Positions 1 to 9,140 of a DNA stretch of 64,000 bases are shown one piece after another. Both the position numbers and the translations under genes were made by a program. The stretch comes from an uncultured archaeon. Its GTDB lineage: Archaea; Asgardarchaeota; Thorarchaeia; Thorarchaeales; Thorarchaeaceae. The DNA is taken from positions 64,001 through 128,000 of the forward strand of contig CAZLEV010000007.1 in NCBI GenBank assembly GCA_964558645.1, read 5' to 3'. The first letter of the stretch is position 1, and every line of letters begins with the position of its first letter. Below the pieces are notes generated by a model. That model saw nothing but the letters and a program-made list of their open reading frames with translations. It did not search any database and had not been told where the DNA came from.

Positions 1-140
1 TCTTCGCCTGTCTGCTCTACCAGCAGACCAATAGCTGACAGGAACGCGCTAACGATTTCATCGAGTTTCTTTGTTCCATAGACGCTGTAGTGGAAAAGTG
101 GAATTCCCGAATCACGCAAAATCACGATCTCTTTGACCAC
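1..140 (-). CDS. Longin-like domain protein, N-terminal part only (runs off the window start); paralog of 219..1133
   Basis: Not in the ORF track. Manual translation from GTG at 140 gives MVKEIVILRDSGIPLFHYSVYGTKKLDEIVSAFLSAIGLLVEQTGE, which aligns with IQEFMVITAGGVPIFHYSPTSIRRLDELLSGFLSAISSFAAEFGE of the neighbouring gene. Confidence 0.8.
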   Translation of the reverse strand, partial: MVKEIVILRDSGIPLFHYSVYGTKKLDEIVSAFLSAIGLLVEQTGE

Positions 141-218
141 TTTGCCACGACCTTAAGCGCTATTGTGTCCCTTGAGCTTTGCCTGCATATAACTGCTATC
201 AGTGGATGAGAGCCGATT

Positions 219-1133
219 CTACTCGATTCCCCAATCATAATCAAGAGTGTTCTGGACTCCCATCAGTTTCCAGTCAACTTCGTCCCCCAGTTTTTCAAGC
301 ACTTCATGCATGCGTTCTGATGTTACTCCAAGTCTTTCCGATATTTCTTCGATTGTTCTCTGCCCATTGCAGAGAGGCTTAGCCCGTTTCAAGAGCTGGT
401 AGTCCTTTCTTGGTAGACCTACCAGGTCGAGATAAGCATCGAAGCGAGAATCATTCTCTTTGAGAAGCGGGCACAGTCTCATTACCTCCAAGACGCCCCA
501 AATCGCCAAGTACTCGATGATTTCCGTTACCTCTTCCTCTTCTATACCAATGCGCACACTGATGGCATTGATCGTTGAACGCCCGTCGATTGCATCAAGA
601 ACACTACTGCCTGTTCCAGCAAAATCCCTATGAAACTCGTCCAAGAGGCCTTCTGAATCGATTGCTGCTTGCAGCACATCTCTCCTGATAATAGGTACCA
701 CAAAAGAGGTAAGACTTGATGTTGTTTTTAGGACTCCTTGATAGAATGTCATGGCACGTCTGACTTCGTACTCAAAGTCTCCGAACTTCTGCGCTATGCA
801 GTTATCGCCATTGAGTTCTGCTCTGTATCTCGTTATGAACTTCCGGCTCAGGTCCTTGAGAACTGCTCTTAGCAGCCTCATCGGAGCTCCCGTGTCTACC
901 AGAAACAGGAATATTTCTTCCTGTTCAGGTTGTTCATAGAGAACTTCGGAACCTTGGAAAGAGAGACTCTGAACAGATTTTTCGCCAAACTCGGCGGCGA
1001 AGCTCGATATGGCGGACAGAAACCCAGACAGCAGTTCATCAAGGCGTCGGATACTCGTGGGGGAGTAGTGGAAGATTGGTACACCGCCTGCGGTAATGAC
1101 CATGAACTCTTGAATCTTCAGTCTGTTTGCCAA
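219..1133 (-). CDS. Longin domain + tandem winged-helix protein (NPRL2/GATOR1-like architecture)
   Basis: N-terminal longin pattern (G(I/V)P(I/L)FHY...L(L)SGFLSAI..F..E). Two C-terminal wHTH-like repeats (AIDGRSTINAISVRIGI..., LCNGQRTIEEISERLGV...). Confidence 0.75.
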   Translation of the reverse strand: MANRLKIQEFMVITAGGVPIFHYSPTSIRRLDELLSGFLSAISSFAAEFGEKSVQSLSFQGSEVLYEQPEQEEIFLFLVDTGAPMRLLRAVLKDLSRKFITRYRAELNGDNCIAQKFGDFEYEVRRAMTFYQGVLKTTSSLTSFVVPIIRRDVLQAAIDSEGLLDEFHRDFAGTGSSVLDAIDGRSTINAISVRIGIEEEEVTEIIEYLAIWGVLEVMRLCPLLKENDSRFDAYLDLVGLPRKDYQLLKRAKPLCNGQRTIEEISERLGVTSERMHEVLEKLGDEVDWKLMGVQNTLDYDWGIE

Positions 1134-1277
1134 TAGCAGGGCACCACTGAGAGGGTTCCAACATATGTGATTTTAAGCTATGGTATTCGTCCCTTCTTGG
1201 ATGTATTGCCGAGAATCGGTAGGAATCGGCTTATTAGACGGGACGCTTGCAAGATATCTCGTTGTTCGGTGAGGAAG

Positions 1278-2882
1278 ATGCTTGAATATCGCCGCTTTCC
1301 GTGGAGGACTACATTCTACTACTTGCTCTATGCACCGGTTCTGTCCTACTTCTTATCGGTCATTGGTCGTCTTATGGATGCAACTCTGTTTTATTTCGAT
1401 TCTGGCCAACACTTGTATCTTCTAGGAATATCTTCAGCATGTGGGGCTCTTGGACTGCTCGCCAGTGCAATGGTAGTTGACAGAACTCGAAAGACCGACT
1501 TACTCATGATAGTAGCATCCCTCTTTCCCTTGGGACTTGGAATGGCGATTTCGATTCTGGGTTCACCAAGTACTCACAGCCCTTCGATTGAATATGCTTT
1601 GGCCGGATCCGTCTTCTTCGGTCTGTGCCTGCTGCTTGTAAGCTGGACCAATCAGCTTAATGAGACCGTGGTTGTTCGATTCAGGGGGCGTATTGCTGCT
1701 TTTTTCCTGTTCCTCTCATTGCTGATTCTGTTTATTTACAATCTTCTCGGCCTAACGGAAGTCATAATCGAGGTCTTTGGAACTCCGTTGATAGAAACCG
1801 TGGCCACAGTATCTGTGTTTATTGCAGCAGCCTTCAGACCGTGGACGTGGGCGCATCATCCGCTCGCCGTGAGGGGTAAGACATCTGGGTACTTCTTCCC
1901 GATGGTTCTAATTCTAGGTGCACACATTCTATGGTACTTCTCGACGAAGAGTAACGTGGCAGCCCTGTTTGAATTCACAGGGGAATCCTGGTCGGGATCT
2001 ATTGCCATCGATTCAGACTGGAGTCTCTACCAACCACTGATGCTCGGTGTGGGTATCATTGTGGCAGGTTTACTTGCAGATACAAAGGGCCGCAAGTCCG
2101 CCTTCAGTTTCGCCGTTCTCTTGATGGGAATGCTTGCCATCTTCGGGTCTGCAACTTATGGCCTGGTTTCTGTTGGCGGGACCACAGAAGTGCTTCTGCG
2201 CTCAGGGACACTCCTCGTTGGAGAGCGATTCGTCGAAGGATATTTTCTGGGGCTTTGTTCTCTCTTGATCTGGGGCGAGATTGGTATGCCCAAGAATCGC
2301 GCTCTGAGACTTTCACTTGTTTGGCTCTTCTTCATTGGCTATATGGCTCTATTCTGGGCTGTTGACCTGCAGGCATTTGGATGGGGAATCCCTGCATGGG
2401 TTACGGAGCTGGGGCGTGAATTTGCAATAGTTCTATCGCTTCTTGGTCTGTACTGGACTGCGAATCTTCCTGAAATCTTGGGACGCGAAATCGAGATGGA
2501 GAAACTCGAACTGGACTTTGATGAAGATCTAGTTGAAGAAACAGTTGAGGCCTTTGTTGAAGCAGATGATTTCGAATCGATAAGAAGCCAACTGGAGATT
2601 ATCGACACTACACCGGACATCAGTGATACTGAGATGTCTGAGATTCTTGGTGAAGATTTCAACGACATTCTTCCCATGCGGAGAATTCCTGGAATCGGGC
2701 CTGCATTAGAAGAGAAGCTCCGAAAGGCAGGTTATGTCTCCGCAGCTCAAATCGCAGGAGAAATCCCATCACGTCTGGCGTCCAAAGTGCAAGGGATGAG
2801 TGAGAAGGGAGCCGACAAAATAATACGGGCTGCAAGAAGCCGTGTCAAGGAAACACTGGACTCTGAGAATCTTACCAAGTGA
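1278..2882 (+). CDS. MFS-like multi-pass membrane protein with acidic linker and C-terminal helix-hairpin-helix domain
   Basis: About 12 hydrophobic segments and MFS loop motifs (VDRTRK, GLLADTKGRK). C-terminal IPGIGPALEEKLRKAGY...VQGMSEKGADKII is HhH-like. ATG 1278 preferred over the track start at 1167. Confidence 0.7.
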   Translation: MLEYRRFPWRTTFYYLLYAPVLSYFLSVIGRLMDATLFYFDSGQHLYLLGISSACGALGLLASAMVVDRTRKTDLLMIVASLFPLGLGMAISILGSPSTHSPSIEYALAGSVFFGLCLLLVSWTNQLNETVVVRFRGRIAAFFLFLSLLILFIYNLLGLTEVIIEVFGTPLIETVATVSVFIAAAFRPWTWAHHPLAVRGKTSGYFFPMVLILGAHILWYFSTKSNVAALFEFTGESWSGSIAIDSDWSLYQPLMLGVGIIVAGLLADTKGRKSAFSFAVLLMGMLAIFGSATYGLVSVGGTTEVLLRSGTLLVGERFVEGYFLGLCSLLIWGEIGMPKNRALRLSLVWLFFIGYMALFWAVDLQAFGWGIPAWVTELGREFAIVLSLLGLYWTANLPEILGREIEMEKLELDFDEDLVEETVEAFVEADDFESIRSQLEIIDTTPDISDTEMSEILGEDFNDILPMRRIPGIGPALEEKLRKAGYVSAAQIAGEIPSRLASKVQGMSEKGADKIIRAARSRVKETLDSENLTK

Positions 2883-2897
2883 TAACACCAGGACAGT

Positions 2898-3752
2898 TCA
2901 TTCAGACTTCGCTAAGAGGTTCTTCTTTGTCCTGACTCCATTCTCCTTTCGATGCGGGGTTCTCAATACGCTGTCATTCCCCTTCTCGATCTCTCGAGCT
3001 TCGTCAATGAGATGCGAGGCTGCACGCACCATCTCATGGGCTGCTGCAACCATCATTAGGTACTTGTTGCGTTCTCTTTCCCGGAAACAGGCATAGGTTG
3101 TTATTGGTGCGACAGCTTCTAAGATGTGAAGGGCTGCGTGTGCTTTGGCTGCGGCGTACGGGTTAGCGAAGCTCGCATGCTCTACCGCATATCCTTTTTT
3201 GAGGATCATACGAGGAAGCTCTACTTCTCCCTTTCTTATTGATTCTAGTGCGCCATCAATCAAATGGTGTGTGGCTCTTATGACGCCTGCTGAGGCCAGC
3301 ACATTGACAATGTGTCCGTTGAAGATCACCATTTCGGTTGCATCGAGAAAGTCTCTGCGCGCACCAATCATCGGGTCCATCGGAATCATGATGAATCCTT
3401 CGTCATCAGGAAGGTCGGCTAGAATCTCTCCGTCTTTTCGGAGGAACGCTCTCTTGCCCGGGGCATCTGTAACCGTAATGCTCGGATAACCTGCCTCTGT
3501 CAGTATCGAGCGGACGGCAGCAGGGCCCGGCAGTGAGGCATTAGGAGTTGCGATCAAGAAGAGGTCTGCCTTTGTCTTCTTTGCCTGCTCTGCGGCATCC
3601 TGACATAGATTCGGTGTCAATTTGGAACCCGTTCCGAAGCTGACCACCTCAATGTCTTCTCTTTCAGCTCTCTCATCCAGAATCAAATCAATGAATGGTA
3701 GGCTCCCAATGCAGCCCAGTTTCACCACTGCTAGTTTCATCTTCTTCACCAT
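2898..3752 (-). CDS. mtd: F420-dependent methylene-H4MPT dehydrogenase
   Basis: KLGCIG...DLILDERAEREDI...GTGSKL, PNASLPGP, DPMIGARRDFLDATEM, NPYAAAKA and REIEKGNDSVLRTPH are Mtd motifs. ATG 3752 preferred (track start 3806). Confidence 0.92.
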   Translation of the reverse strand: MVKKMKLAVVKLGCIGSLPFIDLILDERAEREDIEVVSFGTGSKLTPNLCQDAAEQAKKTKADLFLIATPNASLPGPAAVRSILTEAGYPSITVTDAPGKRAFLRKDGEILADLPDDEGFIMIPMDPMIGARRDFLDATEMVIFNGHIVNVLASAGVIRATHHLIDGALESIRKGEVELPRMILKKGYAVEHASFANPYAAAKAHAALHILEAVAPITTYACFRERERNKYLMMVAAAHEMVRAASHLIDEAREIEKGNDSVLRTPHRKENGVRTKKNLLAKSE

Positions 3753-3802
3753 AAGCAATCCCGTCGTGCGAACACTGGAATAGCAAGCAAAAACGCTTTT
3801 GG

Positions 3803-4738
3803 TCATTCATCTTTGTTGAGTTGGACCTTCGGATAGTATGCTAGACCTGTCCCTCCAAGGATGTCTACCTTGTCCAGTCGTGCACCACACGCAGCACAAT
3901 CAAGTACAATTCTAGAGTCCGCCGAAGCCGTACTACAGCTGTTGCAGAGTAGTTCCACATCTAAGACATTCAAGTTGGCAACATCGATAGACTTCCTGCA
4001 GTGTTGGCATGCTACCTCAAGTAGATCGTCCACTATCACGGTTTGAGTCCTCTTGCCGCAGTGGGGACAGAAGATTTGGTAAACTTTGTAGAGGTCTACA
4101 CTTCCGCAACTGGGGCACGACAGAAGAACATGGATTTCACTCGAGCCGCATTTTCTACACTGAATCTTTCTGCCATACGTCTTGGCCACAATCACGCCAG
4201 CATTCTCAAGATCACTGAGGGTTCGTGACACTTCTTCATCAGAGCCAGAGAGGCGGTGAGAAGCCTCTGGATATACCTCAACTCCCTTCATGACGCTACG
4301 CGGACGCAAGACCTCAATGTGTCCTTCAATCATGTCCTGCAAGAGCGCCCTGACTTCCTTCTGTTGAAGCAAATCATCTCCAGTTGACCGCTCTAGTAGC
4401 TGGTTAAGTCTCGTGAATGCTCTACTTATCTCGGTGTCCCAATCGGTGCTGTTGAAGTCAATCTCTTCAGAGAGTCTCTGCAGGTTTCTCTCAACGAGCT
4501 GTGGTTTATCGTCCCTGTCTAACAGAACTGCTATGCAGTTGGGAGACTGTAACAAGGATATCACAAGTCCCCTATTCAAGTTGCAGTAGCCGATTCTGGC
4601 CTCTTGGTTGACTCCGTGTCCCATGAAGATCGCAACGGCATCCTCACTACTGAGTTCCTGTTCATCAGGGGGATATGCTCGGCCGACCATGGGTCCCAGA
4701 CGGTCGTCCCACCAGATAGAAAACATTGCCTTTGGCAT
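3803..4738 (-). CDS. uDENN/longin-like N-terminus fused to a wHTH + multi-CxxC zinc-binding (TackOD1-like) domain
   Basis: FSIWWDDRLGPMVGRAYP resembles the uDENN/NPRL2 start motif. The C-terminal half has six CxxC pairs after a helix-turn-helix segment (LSDLENAGVI). Confidence 0.6.
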   Translation of the reverse strand: MPKAMFSIWWDDRLGPMVGRAYPPDEQELSSEDAVAIFMGHGVNQEARIGYCNLNRGLVISLLQSPNCIAVLLDRDDKPQLVERNLQRLSEEIDFNSTDWDTEISRAFTRLNQLLERSTGDDLLQQKEVRALLQDMIEGHIEVLRPRSVMKGVEVYPEASHRLSGSDEEVSRTLSDLENAGVIVAKTYGRKIQCRKCGSSEIHVLLSCPSCGSVDLYKVYQIFCPHCGKRTQTVIVDDLLEVACQHCRKSIDVANLNVLDVELLCNSCSTASADSRIVLDCAACGARLDKVDILGGTGLAYYPKVQLNKDE

Positions 4739-4892
4739 GGTCTGCAGACGGTCTCCACATGTTTTGGTGTTTGTTCCCTTATCGGCTTAATAGCGTTGGG
4801 TGCATGAACTCGATGGACGGTAAAGTATAAAACCACGCCTCTGGGTTCGACCGTTACAGAACGAGACTTGGTTATACAAGGGTGTCAGATAG

Positions 4893-6632
4893 ATGTTCTC
4901 CAGACAGATAACGAAATCAATTGTACTAATGATGTGCATATGGTTGGCTCTGAGCCCGACGTTTTCCAGAGTACACAATATGAGCAACTCCTTCACTGAG
5001 GCAAACACTGTTCATGAGCTTGCAGAAATCTCGATCGAGGATGTAAAGGACATTGAAATGGAGAATGGTACTCGTGGTGAGAGAATAGTCTGGAATGCAA
5101 CTGCCGAAGAACCGAAGAATTTCACCATTACCAGAGATGGAGATGACTACGATTCGGGGGACTGGGACGGTGGGCTTCTCACGGTGGACTTGGACCATCT
5201 CTATGAACAGAATCTCACTTACTCGTTGAATGTGACATTTACCTTTGTCTGTACGGTATTCAATCAGGCGAATGAATCTGCATCCGATGCCGTTGATGTC
5301 ACTGTTTATCCTGATGAGAGACCACCAATCATAGAGGCGCCTGACGATTTCGAGTACGAAGAGGGGAGTTTTGGTCACGAGATTCGATGGAACATAACTG
5401 AATCAAACCCCGATTTCTACAACATCACGAGGCAATCAAATCAAGATACAGACAATTTCACAATAATCGAGAGTGGTGCCTGGGATGGAAGCAATATCAC
5501 TCTCAATGTTGATGGATTGAATGCATCTTATTGGTATGCCTTCACTCTGTTTGTGAATGATACTCTGGGATTCAACGCCACCAGTACAGTCAACGTCACT
5601 GTGTACCCTGACCTCAGCGATCCCGAGCTGTCCTCGGCTGAGGATGTTACATATGAGTTCGGTGCCAAGGGTAATAGCATATCTTGGTTCGCCTACGATA
5701 GCAACCCTAGCAATCTTTCGCTGACAGTGTATATCCACTACATCAATGAAACATATGGCAATACAACAAATCTGCATACCCCCCAGAACTTCACGGCTGA
5801 TTGGAGCTTCGATAAGCCCAAGGGGGATAACATCACATTCACACTTGACTATCTATACCTAGGCAACTATACATTTGAGTTGACGGTCTTTGACGCTTAT
5901 GGTCGCAACGCCTCTGATTCTGCGAATGTGACTGTCTTTAGGGACTTGCGTGCTCCTATTGTATCTACTAATGACAGCTTTTCCTATGAGGAAGGATTCA
6001 CTGGATATTCTATAGTCTGGTCCGCAGAGGAAAACAACCCAAGACTCTTCAACTTAACTCTAAACGGTTCGGTTCTTCAAGCTGGTGCCTGGGATGGGAA
6101 GAACATAACCACCAGCGCTGACGGATTGTCAGTAGGTTCTCATACATTCAATCTGACACTGGTAGACTATTTCAATCAGACTACGATATCACTTGTTGGT
6201 GTTACAGTCACCCCTGATTCCATTCTTCCTATGGTGAGTCAGCTACAGGTCCTGCAAGCATATGCCTCCCCCGGGATGACCAACATGTCAGTCCAAGCTT
6301 ATGTGTGGGACCTCAATGATGTCAGGAATGTGACTCTTGAATGGGGCACCGACCCCTCAAATCCTGCGAACAAGAGCATGGATCGAATGTCGAATGATTT
6401 CTACTATGCATCAGTGGGCGCTTATCCTGTTGGAACAAAGGTCTGGTATCGTGTGGTAGCCGTGGACAACTCCTCACAGAACAACGCATTCACTACAGAA
6501 TGGACAGTGATCGAGATTCGCGACATACAGAGTCCAAAGACACCTGCGATATTATGGGGAACCATTCTCGCCCTGGGTGTAGTATCAAGCCTGGTCCTGC
6601 TCTCCATCTACTTCAGAACCAAGACTAGATAG
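4893..6632 (+). CDS. Membrane-anchored surface glycoprotein with about 4 Ig-like repeats plus a second Ig-like domain type
   Basis: Signal peptide, repeats of YEEG..G..I.W...E.NP...G.WDG..IT...DGL, many N-x-S/T sequons, C-terminal TM with basic tail. Confidence 0.8.
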   Translation: MFSRQITKSIVLMMCIWLALSPTFSRVHNMSNSFTEANTVHELAEISIEDVKDIEMENGTRGERIVWNATAEEPKNFTITRDGDDYDSGDWDGGLLTVDLDHLYEQNLTYSLNVTFTFVCTVFNQANESASDAVDVTVYPDERPPIIEAPDDFEYEEGSFGHEIRWNITESNPDFYNITRQSNQDTDNFTIIESGAWDGSNITLNVDGLNASYWYAFTLFVNDTLGFNATSTVNVTVYPDLSDPELSSAEDVTYEFGAKGNSISWFAYDSNPSNLSLTVYIHYINETYGNTTNLHTPQNFTADWSFDKPKGDNITFTLDYLYLGNYTFELTVFDAYGRNASDSANVTVFRDLRAPIVSTNDSFSYEEGFTGYSIVWSAEENNPRLFNLTLNGSVLQAGAWDGKNITTSADGLSVGSHTFNLTLVDYFNQTTISLVGVTVTPDSILPMVSQLQVLQAYASPGMTNMSVQAYVWDLNDVRNVTLEWGTDPSNPANKSMDRMSNDFYYASVGAYPVGTKVWYRVVAVDNSSQNNAFTTEWTVIEIRDIQSPKTPAILWGTILALGVVSSLVLLSIYFRTKTR

Positions 6633-7140
6633 AGCCCTTGAGAAGTGATACAACGCGGTTGGGAATCTCGTCCCGGTCTTGATGTGTTATTTCCATTAAG
6701 GTGACATCATCCCTAGAACGAATCTCATCCAAGAACTCTGTGGACTTGTTCTGTATTGTACCTATCATCTTACCTGCATCCAGACAGTTCAGAACTTCAG
6801 TCTTGAACTGCGGGGAGAAGAGCTCCATTTTCGCTATCTCATCGACTATGACAATCTTCTCCTCATTTCGTGCCTGTCTCATTGCAGGTACAGCAATCTC
6901 ACGAACAGCAGTCACGTTAACGGTGTACTTGCTGACTCTTGGTCCGGCTGAGAGCTGGACATGGGCCAGAATGCCTTCGAGTCCATCTATTGTCCGAATC
7001 TTAAATCCGACTCTGTGTCTCCCCTCGCGTATCTCTTCAGACCAGAATCCTCCTGTCCTACTTGGCCCTATCTTGGAAACTATTCGTCGTATGGCAGTTG
7101 TCTTTCCAACCCCTGGTGTTCCTGTGATCAGAATATTCAA
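6625..7140 (-). CDS. Nucleoside triphosphatase (NTPase_1/THEP1 family)
   Basis: ILITGTPGVGKTT Walker A, GGFWSEEIRE...RVGF, IVDEIAKMEL Walker B. Confidence 0.9.
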   Translation of the reverse strand: MNILITGTPGVGKTTAIRRIVSKIGPSRTGGFWSEEIREGRHRVGFKIRTIDGLEGILAHVQLSAGPRVSKYTVNVTAVREIAVPAMRQARNEEKIVIVDEIAKMELFSPQFKTEVLNCLDAGKMIGTIQNKSTEFLDEIRSRDDVTLMEITHQDRDEIPNRVVSLLKGSI

Positions 7141-7184
7141 TCGTACGCCTCACTTTGGGTACTTGAAGCCCGTATCATTGTCTA

Positions 7185-8225
7185 CTAACGATTATAGCAA
7201 CGCATGGCCTTAAGCTTGGCTATTCTTTCGATAGTTAGGCGTTCTTTGTCACTCAGTGGTTCAGCTCGGATAACATTGCCTTGGACAGCTGCATCAAACA
7301 GGTTCTTGCCAGTAGGGGTTCGGACCAACACTGTCGTCAGCGAGTCGTCTGAGCCGATGTTGCCAAAGGAGATGTCGGCATTTACGCAAGTCAAGTCGCG
7401 GCAGAACTCGCAGGAACTCGCTGCTACGGAATCGAGTTTGCCAACAGGCCACTCCTTTTGTTCATCAGCAAGAAGAACTCTGAATTTGCCCTTAGATATC
7501 TCCATCTTCAGAACAGAGCTCATTTCGATCCCTTCGTTCTGTAGGAACCACTTCAAACCACTGTGACTGAATGATTCCATGCAGAAGAGCCCGAGTTTGA
7601 TGATATGAAACTCATCCTGCCTATCAAAGCCTGAAGATCCTCGCTCAAGGTTACATAGCGAATCGATGGCGCAAGAAGTGCCTGTAACCGCAATCTTTGA
7701 AACCCCACTTCGGAGCTCTCGAATCACGTGGCCGATAACAGGAGCATGTGAATACACTGTGCCTGTTGGTATATCTTTAGGATTGGCTATAGTAACTGCT
7801 TGCGGCTTCCAAGGAATATCGGTCATGGAAGACCCGCAGACCACTCTTTCAACCTCTCGTGTTGTAAGTGCATGTTCTAGGAGCGAACTCACAACCCCAC
7901 CGTTCTGACCCTCTTCATGAATGAGTGACTGCGCTTTCCAAGCTTCGATGTAGTTGCCCACCAATCTCTCAGGGAAGACGAAGGTTCGGGGACAGACGGC
8001 ATAGCACAGACCACAGGCGATGCATTTCCCTGTTAGCTTAGGAACGTATCTCTCATCGGTCCATGTTCCTGTGAGCGCATCAACTGGGCATATCGCCACA
8101 CATGCTCCACATTCGGTGCAAACCCCAGTAGATATGATCTCTCTCTCCAGTTTCTTGAAAGCATTCCTTCTATCTGTCGTCTCGAGCCAATTCTGAAGGT
8201 CGTTCCTTGCTTGTTCGAAAACCAC
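7185..8225 (-). CDS. Coenzyme F420 hydrogenase/dehydrogenase beta subunit family (FrhB/FdhB/FpoF-like) with N-terminal 2x[4Fe-4S] domain
   Basis: CTECGACVAICP and CIACGLCYAVCP ferredoxin motifs; GQNGGVVSSL, GLFCMESF, CEFCRD, ADISFGNIGS. GTG 8225 is preceded by GGAGG (track start 8249). Confidence 0.88.
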   Translation of the reverse strand: MVFEQARNDLQNWLETTDRRNAFKKLEREIISTGVCTECGACVAICPVDALTGTWTDERYVPKLTGKCIACGLCYAVCPRTFVFPERLVGNYIEAWKAQSLIHEEGQNGGVVSSLLEHALTTREVERVVCGSSMTDIPWKPQAVTIANPKDIPTGTVYSHAPVIGHVIRELRSGVSKIAVTGTSCAIDSLCNLERGSSGFDRQDEFHIIKLGLFCMESFSHSGLKWFLQNEGIEMSSVLKMEISKGKFRVLLADEQKEWPVGKLDSVAASSCEFCRDLTCVNADISFGNIGSDDSLTTVLVRTPTGKNLFDAAVQGNVIRAEPLSDKERLTIERIAKLKAMRCYNR

Positions 8226-8329
8226 TGGGTTGCCTCCTTGCCTGTCCATCAGTCTTATACTGTCATATATTGCTGCTGGAAGCCAAAGATTATATCACGA
8301 ATCAGATGCCAAAGCGTCAGTTGGTTCGT

Positions 8330-9034
8330 ATGAGAATCAGTGATGAGAAGATCAACGAGCTCATTCTTGCGAGCGAAACGCACAGATGTGAACCCTACGA
8401 GTGCTGTGTGAGATTGGTGGCTGTGGCTGATCTTCCAAGCAAGTTCGGGGAGTTCCAAATATGTGGTTTTGTGAGTCCCTGTGATGGTAAGGAGCATACT
8501 GCCATTGTCAAGGGCAATATAGTGGGAAAAGAGGGTGTTATGACTCGGGTTCATTCAGAGTGTCTGACAGGCGACGTCATGGGTAGCAAGCGCTGTGACT
8601 GTAGAGATCAGCTCCTTGAAAGCCTGAAGCGCATTGAAGAAGAGGGAGAGGGCATCCTGCTGTATCTTCGGCAGGAAGGACGTAACATTGGTCTCACAGA
8701 GAAGATAAAGGCCTATGCTCTTCAAGATCAGGGCATTGATACGATTGATGCAAACTTACTCCTAGGTCACCAACCTGACGAGCGCGACTACGGTGTTGCA
8801 GCTCATATCCTTCAGACCCTTGATGTGAGATCAATCAGGCTGTTGACAAACAACCCCGAGAAGATTGAGCAGCTGCAAAAGCACGATGTCGAGATCATCG
8901 AGAGACTTCCACTCATCATCGAACCTTCTGAGTTCAACAAGTTCTATCTCAAAACGAAGAAGGAGAAGGCAGGTCACCTTCTCGGTGAGCTGGCCGAAGT
9001 GCATGATATCGCGAAGATTGACCGGCTTGCTTAG
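8330..9034 (+). CDS. ribA: GTP cyclohydrolase II (bacterial type)
   Basis: RVHSECLTGDVMGSKRCDCRDQL, YLRQEGRNIGL, RDYGVAA, RLLTNNPEK. The start is uncertain (ATG 8306 or 8330). Confidence 0.93.
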   Translation: MRISDEKINELILASETHRCEPYECCVRLVAVADLPSKFGEFQICGFVSPCDGKEHTAIVKGNIVGKEGVMTRVHSECLTGDVMGSKRCDCRDQLLESLKRIEEEGEGILLYLRQEGRNIGLTEKIKAYALQDQGIDTIDANLLLGHQPDERDYGVAAHILQTLDVRSIRLLTNNPEKIEQLQKHDVEIIERLPLIIEPSEFNKFYLKTKKEKAGHLLGELAEVHDIAKIDRLA

Positions 9035-9140
9035 CGGGAAGATGCTCATTCGGCAACAGAAACCAGATGCTACCTTCATCAGGAGACTCATGTACTTCTG
9101 TACCTAGTTCCCGCCTGTATGATCTGTTAACGCAGACGAA

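Noticed and set aside
4820-4880. tRNA (GGTTCGA motif)
   Set aside because: No cloverleaf or acceptor stem; the region is a divergent promoter with an imperfect inverted repeat.
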